A DNA stretch of 58,392 nucleotides from Patescibacteria group bacterium (GTDB lineage: Bacteria; Patescibacteriota; Microgenomatia; UBA1400; PJMF01). A program made the translations under genes and the position numbers. The notes below the pieces were generated by a model, which was not told the origin of the DNA, did no database searches, and saw only the letters and a program-made list of their open reading frames with translations. Where the stretch lies: NCBI GenBank assembly GCA_019454415.1, contig JACFOI010000006.1, forward strand, positions 1 through 58,392. The letters run 5' to 3'. Of the stretch, positions 52,121 through 58,392 are shown in pieces (position 1 is the first letter of the stretch; each line of letters begins with the position of its first letter).

Positions 52121-52510
52121 ATGAATAGAAAAACTCCTCAAATACTCTCTTCTGGATTGATTTTTGCAGGCATTGTGGCTGCCGGCATCCTCCTGGCTGG
52201 CTGCCAGCCCACGCCACTTGATCTCAACAAACAGTCTGCAACAGATGTTCCCCAGGAAGAGGGAGCTATTAGCGCTTTAAACATGACTTACTCCCCTGAC
52301 ACTCTTACTGTCAGACCCGGAGCAACTATTCTGTTCACTAATAGAGATGTGGCTGATCATTCCATCACTAGCGACGATGGCAACTCTTTTGATACGGGCT
52401 TGATCGCTCAGGATGGTATCGGCGAGTTTACGGCTCCTACTATCCCAGGAACGTACCCTTACCACTGTACCTCTCACCCTACGATGAGAGGTACCCTGAT
52501 TGTGGAGTAA
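52121..52510 (+). CDS. Cupredoxin (plastocyanin/amicyanin-like) lipoprotein
   Basis: Lipobox LLAGC. The type-1 copper ligand pattern is ...DHS... and YPYHCTSHPTMRGTLIV (C-x2-H-x3-M). Confidence 0.85.
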   Translation: MNRKTPQILSSGLIFAGIVAAGILLAGCQPTPLDLNKQSATDVPQEEGAISALNMTYSPDTLTVRPGATILFTNRDVADHSITSDDGNSFDTGLIAQDGIGEFTAPTIPGTYPYHCTSHPTMRGTLIVE

Positions 52511-52528
52511 GTGGTAAAACCTGCGTTT

Positions 52529-53146
52529 TTAGAAGCCGAGCTTCTCTTTGACCAAGATCAGTCGGACTTTTCTCCCCATAATAGGATTCTCATGTTTGAA
52601 CAGTACGATCTTGGATAACAACGTCCCAACTCCGTACTCTTCCTTCATTCGCTCGTCCTCAAGCGGAATAACGTGTTTTTCCAACCGTTCGATTGCCTCA
52701 CTCAAAGTAGGGACAATCTTTTGAGTGCTGACGACGAAGATCAAGTTTGGCGAGCTAAATACTATATGAGGAAGTTGACTGCCTGTGTTGGAGGCAACCA
52801 CGAACTCACCGGTCTCGGCCAGTCCATGTACACTGCCTAAGTAGTAGTCGGATAGGAGAGCCTGCTTGCGGAGCTCTGCCTGCTTTTGGGGATCTTGCTC
52901 TTTGACAATGGCTTCATGGAGGTTATTCCAGCCGTGCTTCCCTGACTTTAGATAATCGACAAAACCGATTTCCTTAAGCGTCATCGAAGCACCATTCATG
53001 ACCGAGGCTCCTTTGGGGATGAGCTCTTTAATCTTGTCCAATGCAGCATTCCCATCTTCAACCACGATTGGCTCAACTCCGCGTTCTTTCAGTCCGGCAA
53101 CTGTCTTGTCGACGGATTCCTGAGAAGCAAGTGTATCAAAAGGCAT
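52529..53146 (-). CDS. LUD-domain (LutB/LutC-like, DUF162) protein
   Basis: 205 aa. GSVHGLAETGEFVVASNTGSQLP is typical of the lactate-utilisation LUD domain. Confidence 0.65.
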   Translation of the reverse strand: MPFDTLASQESVDKTVAGLKERGVEPIVVEDGNAALDKIKELIPKGASVMNGASMTLKEIGFVDYLKSGKHGWNNLHEAIVKEQDPQKQAELRKQALLSDYYLGSVHGLAETGEFVVASNTGSQLPHIVFSSPNLIFVVSTQKIVPTLSEAIERLEKHVIPLEDERMKEEYGVGTLLSKIVLFKHENPIMGRKVRLILVKEKLGF

Positions 53147-53158
53147 ATTTAGCCCTCC

Positions 53159-53458
53159 TTATTCACTAGGTTTATGTTTATCTTTTTGAACCGATTCCGA
53201 AAGACTTTTGAGCAGCATCAACATATATTCACTGTTGACCTGGTACTCTACCTCTTGACCCTTGCGCTCGTCTGAGACAAGTTCACATTCCTTGAGAGTC
53301 CGAAGATGTTGAGAAACGAGTGGCTGAGAAAACCCCGTCAACTTGACTAACTCGCTGACAGTTTTGGGCCCATTCAGTAAAGCCTGAACAAGACGGTAAC
53401 GGGATGCGTTTCCGATACCTTTTCCTAGCTTCTCAATCTCTGTACACAAGTCTGTCAT
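53159..53458 (-). CDS. ArsR/SmtB-family transcriptional regulator
   Basis: The winged HTH is NASRYRLVQALLNGPKTVSELVKLTGFSQPLVSQHLRTLKECELV. Confidence 0.85.
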   Translation of the reverse strand: MTDLCTEIEKLGKGIGNASRYRLVQALLNGPKTVSELVKLTGFSQPLVSQHLRTLKECELVSDERKGQEVEYQVNSEYMLMLLKSLSESVQKDKHKPSE

Positions 53459-53530
53459 ATAAATATATTAGCATATACTTATATATTTACAATCTTGATT
53501 TAGGGAGTGGACTATAGAGATGAGAACCGC

Positions 53531-54709
53531 TTAGGAAATAAAAGTCAGTGCTTTCCCCAGCTTTCCGGCACGACCGGTTCGGCCAATTCGATGAATATAG
53601 TCTTCATATGACTGGGGCTCATCGTAGTTAATCACGTGGGTAACGTCGTCAACATCAATGCCACGAGCTGCGATATCAGTAGCGAGTAACGCTTGAACTT
53701 TCCCTCGCTTAAAATCTTGCAATGATCGCTGCCGAGCGTTTTGATTTTTGTTTCCATGAATAGCGCTGACGCGAATACCCCGCTTTTGTAGCTGCATCTC
53801 CAACTTATTGATACCGTGCTTGGTACGTCCAAAGACAATTACTCTCTTAAACTCGTCGTGGAGCAAGAGATCATGCAGAACATCAACTTTGTTCTGACCA
53901 TTTTTGACAGTCACAATATCTTGTTCAATATGCTGGCTGGTTTCTTGTTTCTTCACTTTGACGGTCACGGGATCTGTTAAGAGTGAACGCATGATTCCGT
54001 CTGTCTCTGCTGTCATGGTGGCGCTGAAAAAAGCTGCGTGACGTTTCTTTGGCAGTTGAGAGATTAAAAACTGGATATCTTTACGGAAACCGATGTCTAA
54101 CATGCGGTCAACTTCATCCAGTACTACATTGGTAAATTTTTCCGGATGAAAGGCTCCCCTCTGGATAAGATCTTTGATTCGCCCAGGAGTACCAATCACA
54201 AAGTGCGGATAATTCTTCAGCACTTCAACTTGTCGGAACAGGCTGGTGCCTCCGATACACAAGACGACACTCAACGGTAGGTTCTTGGCAAAAGTTTTGA
54301 ACTCTTCATGAATCTGGAGTGCAAGCTCTCGGGTGGGGGCCAGGATTAATGCCCCTTGTGTCTGGTCGTTGACTAGCTTATGAATCAGCGGCAGTAGAAA
54401 AGCTGCCGTTTTACCGGTTCCAGTATTCGCAATACCGACAATGTCTTTTCCTTCCATCAGAATCGGAATTGCCTGGTCTTGAATAGGGGTAGGTTGGGTA
54501 TACCCATGTTGCAGGACATTCTCAACTAAGACCGGATTGAGACCGAACTCCTGGAAAGTATGAGTGATAGGGATAGGCTCCTGGTTAGCCGGTGGAGTGG
54601 CCGCATGAACATAACGTGAATGTAAAACAGCACGTTGTTTAGGCGGGTGATATTGGGAGTGCTGACGTGCACGAAACACGCCAGAACGTCCCCGAGATGC
54701 GTAGGACAT
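53531..54709 (-). CDS. DEAD-box ATP-dependent RNA helicase
   Basis: Q motif (FQEFGL...PTPIQ), motif I TGTGKTAAF, motif II DEVD, motif III SAT and motif VI HRIGRTGRAG. Confidence 0.9.
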   Translation of the reverse strand: MSYASRGRSGVFRARQHSQYHPPKQRAVLHSRYVHAATPPANQEPIPITHTFQEFGLNPVLVENVLQHGYTQPTPIQDQAIPILMEGKDIVGIANTGTGKTAAFLLPLIHKLVNDQTQGALILAPTRELALQIHEEFKTFAKNLPLSVVLCIGGTSLFRQVEVLKNYPHFVIGTPGRIKDLIQRGAFHPEKFTNVVLDEVDRMLDIGFRKDIQFLISQLPKKRHAAFFSATMTAETDGIMRSLLTDPVTVKVKKQETSQHIEQDIVTVKNGQNKVDVLHDLLLHDEFKRVIVFGRTKHGINKLEMQLQKRGIRVSAIHGNKNQNARQRSLQDFKRGKVQALLATDIAARGIDVDDVTHVINYDEPQSYEDYIHRIGRTGRAGKLGKALTFIS

Positions 54710-54880
54710 AATTCCTTAACTAATTTCTAGACAGCGGAGAGAATCTCATTGTTAGCCGCGAACGCGGAAAACTTCAAACCGAGGAATGTTAGTATACCAA
54801 AAATATCCTATAAGTCAAAGATTCGGGCGAAAACTCAGGGAAATCCAGAAGGAAGCTTGAGGTAATCCGAAAAATAAAGA

Positions 54881-54909
54881 TTGCTAAAACAGGACATTTG
54901 GACTATAAT
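54881..54909 (+). promoter_or_regulatory. Near-consensus sigma-70 promoter TTGCTA-17 nt-TATAAT, with the ATG 6 nt downstream of the -10 box (leaderless configuration)
   Basis: TTGCTA is at 54881-54886, TATAAT at 54904-54909 and the ATG at 54916. There is no SD. Confidence 0.6.
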
Positions 54910-54915
54910 CTTGAT

Positions 54916-55161
54916 ATGGCATTAGAACAACATCCACGTACCGGTATGTCCCTTGTTGAGTTCCGTCGTCATCTCCAACGTCAGGAGACTGCAGCCGCTG
55001 CTCCTGAAGCTGTTCATGCTTCTACGGAGACAGGAGTTGACAAGAATGCTCTTCGTGAGCGAATGAAAAAAGTCTCTTCGGCAGAGGTTTTCCAGGATTT
55101 TGATGAGATGGCCGGAGCTGCGGGTAAGATTGTCGAAACTACCGACGATCTCTTGAAGTAA
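54916..55161 (+). CDS. Hypothetical protein (81 aa)
   Basis: I chose the ATG at 54916 inside the track ORF, which starts at a TTG at 54898 that overlaps the promoter. Confidence 0.45.
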   Translation: MALEQHPRTGMSLVEFRRHLQRQETAAAAPEAVHASTETGVDKNALRERMKKVSSAEVFQDFDEMAGAAGKIVETTDDLLK

Positions 55162-55205
55162 ATTTTCTCTAGAGTTTTTTAAGTTTCCTCGTTGGGCGAG
55201 TTCTG

Positions 55206-55733
55206 CTACTCTTTATCGAGGTAGGCGTTAATGGCTGCTTCAGCTGCCAGGTAAGCTGCTTTAAACTCTTCACCTTTTGCGTCCATCACCCCCCGAACAC
55301 GTTGGTAGTCGCGATTAATCAGCTGAATATATTCTAGAGACTGTTGGTTGATTAGAGTCTGTTGACCGGCCTGCTCCGTTTTAGCACTCGCCTCTTGAAT
55401 CAAGGTTGAACACTCCTGGATAGCCTGCGTCACTTGGTTTCCTTTTTTCAGAGTCGTCGCCGTCTGCTCAAGATACTCGACTGCTGCTGTGATTGTTTCT
55501 TCAGTAAGGTCCTGCGTGAGCTTCTCTAAATCTTCAATCAGGTAATGAAAGAAGTCTGTCTGGAAGGCAATGTTTCCCAGTTCCTGGTTCAGGAGATGTA
55601 GGACTTCTTCAATTTGACCTGTGACTTCGGCCCGCTTTGCCAGTTCATCTGGCGGAAACTTATCCTCTCCTGGGTGAACCATGTCCCGAAGTTGTTTTAA
55701 CTTATCAAGGTGTCCTGGATTAAACTCAACCAT
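55206..55733 (-). CDS. Hypothetical coiled-coil protein (175 aa)
   Basis: A clean ORF with helical, heptad-like composition. I recognised no family. Confidence 0.45.
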   Translation of the reverse strand: MVEFNPGHLDKLKQLRDMVHPGEDKFPPDELAKRAEVTGQIEEVLHLLNQELGNIAFQTDFFHYLIEDLEKLTQDLTEETITAAVEYLEQTATTLKKGNQVTQAIQECSTLIQEASAKTEQAGQQTLINQQSLEYIQLINRDYQRVRGVMDAKGEEFKAAYLAAEAAINAYLDKE

Positions 55734-56040
55734 AAGATATCCTTACTGCCTGGAGTTGACCAATGCATTTTGACTTGATGTGTCACTGGTATGTAATAGT
55801 AACACATGTTCTGTTCAGACTCTCTCAGCCTTGTTCTTATTTTACCTAACAAATGACATTCTATGGGAACCTTTTTGCCAGGTGATAACCTCGATGTGGA
55901 AACACTGACCAAGCGATTGATGACTGCCGTGTTTGGTTCAAGCTAGACTGTATTCCCTTAATCTCTTACCTAGTTCTCAACCCTATCCCAAGTTCTCCTC
56001 ATCTTTCTTTTCTATAAAGAGTGGGTAGTAAAAAGAAAGG

Positions 56041-56553
56041 ATGTTTATGTCAAATATTTTGCTGGGCTTGTTCAAAGATAATAAAAGTGCCGGAATGGCC
56101 GTCAGTGAGTTAAAAGAAAAAGGCTACACAAAAGAAATTTCGCTGCTTGCCCATGATCCCAAGTATGAGGATCCGGACATCCACGAAGTAAAACAAGACA
56201 TCACTACGGGTACAGCCACAGGTGCCACAGTTGGCGCAGTCGCCGGTGCCCTGGCTGCACTCTTTAGCGGAATCACAGCCGTGGGAATCCCTGGAGTAGG
56301 ATTGATTGTGGGTGGTCCACTGGCTGTTGCACTGGGGCTAGTTGGTGGAGCAGCAGGCACGTTGGCGGGAGGGCTTGTAGGAGCTCTGGTAGATCTGGGT
56401 ATTAATGAGGCTACGGCTCAGTTATATGAAGAGCGCATCCGCCAGGGTGAGGTATTGATCGGAGTAACTACTACAGAAGGAACAGAAGAAAACGTGAGAA
56501 GAGTCTTTACAGCTCATGGAGCTGAAGAGATTACCACGGTCAGAGAAGAATAG
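56041..56553 (+). CDS. General stress protein 17M-like / glycine-zipper protein
   Basis: The N-terminus GLFKDNKSAGMAVSELKEKGYTKEISLL resembles YflT-like proteins. A central Gly/Ala zipper is GATVGAVAGALAALFSG...GGAAGTLAGGLVGALV. SD AAAGAAAGG. Confidence 0.6.
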   Translation: MFMSNILLGLFKDNKSAGMAVSELKEKGYTKEISLLAHDPKYEDPDIHEVKQDITTGTATGATVGAVAGALAALFSGITAVGIPGVGLIVGGPLAVALGLVGGAAGTLAGGLVGALVDLGINEATAQLYEERIRQGEVLIGVTTTEGTEENVRRVFTAHGAEEITTVREE

Positions 56554-56557
56554 AAGA

Positions 56558-56908
56558 CTAAGACCGTCCGCGTTGCCAAGGCCAGCGGCCGTCCACTTCC
56601 ATCTCAAACGTAACACTCAAGAACGAGCGAACGAGAACGATCACCACTAAAACGCCGACCGTAGTAAAGTCAGGAGTACCAATAATGGAGCGAATGATGT
56701 CGCCTGCCACTAAAAACTCCAGACCTAGCAAAATACCCTTGCCAAGATTCTTGCGGAAGGATCGGTACATAGCGTCGCCACTTTTTTGATCAAGAAACTC
56801 TTTGAACGCGGTCAGGAAAGACGCTACTGCTCCCATGACAATTACGAAAACACCGACCAGATCCAGCAGGGTGCCAATAGTCTGAGCTAGGCTAAGTGCA
56901 TTCATCAT
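56558..56908 (-). CDS. DUF1622 membrane protein
   Basis: 116 aa. LGKGILLGLEFLVAGDIIRS is typical of DUF1622. Confidence 0.6.
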   Translation of the reverse strand: MMNALSLAQTIGTLLDLVGVFVIVMGAVASFLTAFKEFLDQKSGDAMYRSFRKNLGKGILLGLEFLVAGDIIRSIIGTPDFTTVGVLVVIVLVRSFLSVTFEMEVDGRWPWQRGRS

Positions 56909-57002
56909 TTACTCAGTATGACACGGTAGTCAGTGACCTTGTCAAGGGAGTCCCCTCAAACCGTGGAGAGGTCCCTTGCGTAACTCTTCCTTCTCTCTTA
57001 GG

Positions 57003-57410
57003 ATGAGTTATATGGAACTTAAAAAACTTCTTACACCGCCCAAAACTATTGCCGTCGTAGGCCTTTCCGACAAACCGGATCGACCCAGCTATCGAGTCGC
57101 ATCATACTTACGAGAGCACGGCTTCACCATCATTCCCGTCAATCCAATGATTAAGGAGTTTTTGGGAATACCGTCCTATCCTTCAGTCCGAGCTATTCCA
57201 GAAGAAGTGCATATTGATATCGTCGATATCTTTCGTCGATCCGAAGAGGTGCCAGCACTAGTCGAGGAAGTCATTCAAACTGGCCGAAGGCCAGTCATCT
57301 GGCTGCAGGAAGGTGTTATCTCCGAAGAGGCGAAGCAATCAGCGAAGATGCAGTCCATGGACGTAGTTATGGATACCTGTTTGATGAAGAGCCATCAGGC
57401 AGTGGAATGA
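57003..57410 (+). CDS. CoA-binding domain protein (YccU/YneT-like)
   Basis: KTIAVVGLSDKPDRPSYRVASYLREHGFTIIPVNP. The start is ATG at 57003 or 57012. Confidence 0.8.
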   Translation: MSYMELKKLLTPPKTIAVVGLSDKPDRPSYRVASYLREHGFTIIPVNPMIKEFLGIPSYPSVRAIPEEVHIDIVDIFRRSEEVPALVEEVIQTGRRPVIWLQEGVISEEAKQSAKMQSMDVVMDTCLMKSHQAVE

Positions 57411-57411
57411 G

Positions 57412-58386
57412 TTAGCCGAAGGTGAAGGCGTAGATCTCTACGTTATCGTCCTCAAACTCTATTCGTAACTCGTGCCTGCCCGGCTCCGACAGATTGATCA
57501 ACTTATATAAACGATCAGTGTCTACAGTAACGACTCCATCTTGGCTATCTTCTCCAAGTGCCTGAACCTGATTATCTAAAAAGATTTTGATAGTACCGGC
57601 CGTACCGTTCCCATTTTTGGGACGGGCAACTAAGAAGACCTCTTTTGCCTCAAAGTTGAGGTGGAGACGTGCGCCTGCACTTGGTGCGGAGTACTCGGTC
57701 ATTACCGTCCAGTTTCCTTGATAGGCAAATGTATTTGGCGACAACACTGTCGGGAGAGAGTAAACAGCTTCCCTATTCGGTTGGACCTGCTCAGGTGAAG
57801 CAAGATACTCCATTCGACCATAACCCAAGTAAAGTTCTGGTGTGCGAGCATAGATACGATACTCCGGGTTGGAAATCTGCTCTGCTGATACATCGGAACC
57901 ACTCTCTTTCAGCAGCTCTTGAATTGCTTCTTCTGTCTGATCGTACTGCCCCTCTCCAAAGTGGGAGTAACGAATATTGCCGTCTTTATCAATCAAGTAC
58001 TTCGCCGGCCAGTAGCGATTGTTGTAGGCTTGCCAGGTTGCAAAGTTATTGTCTTGCATGACTGGATAAGTTAAACCGAAGTCACGTAGCGCTTGTTCTA
58101 CATTCCGTACATTTTTTTCAAACTCAAACTCCGGACTATGCACCCCGATGATTACCAGACCTTTGTCTTTGTACTTTTCCCACCAGGACTTCAAATACGG
58201 GAATGTCCGTTGGCAGTTGATACAAGAGTAGGTCCAAAAATCAATTAAGACGACTTTGCCGCGCAGGTCGGCGAGCTTCAGCGGCTCGGAGTTAAGCCAC
58301 TCGCCCCCGGGAATGAGCTCAGGAGCAGGTACGCCTTTACCGGGCAGAACTTCTGACAGCGGTTTGCCGATCATCTCTTCATCCAT
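57412..58386 (-). CDS. Thioredoxin-fold redoxin with a DipZ-like C-terminal domain; possibly 5'-truncated by the window edge
   Basis: FWTYSCINCQRTFPYL carries the CxxC motif, followed by IGVHSPEFEFEK...YWPAKYLIDKDG. The ORF is open to within 6 nt of the window end. Confidence 0.75.
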   Translation of the reverse strand: MDEEMIGKPLSEVLPGKGVPAPELIPGGEWLNSEPLKLADLRGKVVLIDFWTYSCINCQRTFPYLKSWWEKYKDKGLVIIGVHSPEFEFEKNVRNVEQALRDFGLTYPVMQDNNFATWQAYNNRYWPAKYLIDKDGNIRYSHFGEGQYDQTEEAIQELLKESGSDVSAEQISNPEYRIYARTPELYLGYGRMEYLASPEQVQPNREAVYSLPTVLSPNTFAYQGNWTVMTEYSAPSAGARLHLNFEAKEVFLVARPKNGNGTAGTIKIFLDNQVQALGEDSQDGVVTVDTDRLYKLINLSEPGRHELRIEFEDDNVEIYAFTFG

Positions 58387-58392
58387 GGGTTG

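Noticed and set aside
54720-54729. A 10-nt match (CTAATTTCTA) to the CRISPR repeat in the DEAD-box helicase 5' region
   Set aside because: The reasons are the same: an isolated match on the wrong strand, with no hairpin partner and no repeat periodicity.
55697-55912. A 71-aa minus-strand ORF upstream of 55206-55733
   Set aside because: It overlaps the start of the downstream gene in another frame, and it has no SD or recognisable motif. The 307-nt region is more likely a divergent promoter region.
1-58392. An alternative genetic code (UGA recoding), as seen in some candidate-phyla bacteria
   Set aside because: All recognisable genes give full-length, uninterrupted products under the standard code, and UGA is used as a terminal stop (for example in cas12a). 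There is no evidence of recoding.

Overview
This 58.4-kb bacterial window appears to contain no rRNA genes, and I recognised no tRNA genes, though I had no covariance search to confirm that. The left 6 kb holds a complete class 2 type V-A CRISPR-Cas locus on the minus strand, in the order cas12a (1296 aa), cas4, cas1, cas2, AT-rich leader and CRISPR array. The array runs off the left edge, so only one full 36-nt repeat, one 27-nt spacer and 13 nt of the next repeat are visible. The repeat ends in the Cas12a crRNA handle AAUUUCUACU-UCU-GUAGAU. I saw no anti-repeat or tracrRNA candidate. The cas block is visibly more AT-rich than the rest of the window: hand counts of sampled 60-nt lines averaged about 38% GC inside cas12a and about 53% elsewhere. 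It begins right after the intrinsic terminator of alaS. The remaining 52 kb is dense, mostly minus-strand housekeeping and envelope DNA. It includes a short AlaRS, a COG0523/Fur-family zinc cluster, two two-component systems, gpmI, eno, metK with a SAM-I riboswitch, greA, msrBA, mscL, surE, an LCP protein and several Nudix hydrolases. It also has a TopIB-Ogt-PolX-Nudix repair cluster and an ATP-grasp plus C39-like peptidase pair. Envelope genes include a 1481-aa prepilin-type protein with discoidin, LamG and DUF2341 modules, and two paralogous repeat-module surface proteins. Gene content hints at a small-genome, possibly CPR/Patescibacteria-like bacterium, but I cannot verify that. The main system is the type V-A locus, which belongs to a class that is now known. 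Its Cas4 appears to have lost three of the four Fe-S cysteine ligands. Secondary leads are a possible terminator/antiterminator between alaS and cas12a, an unannotated 31-codon gene with its own promoter and terminator, a signalling operon headed by an unknown 423-aa protein, and recurrent leaderless-type promoters.
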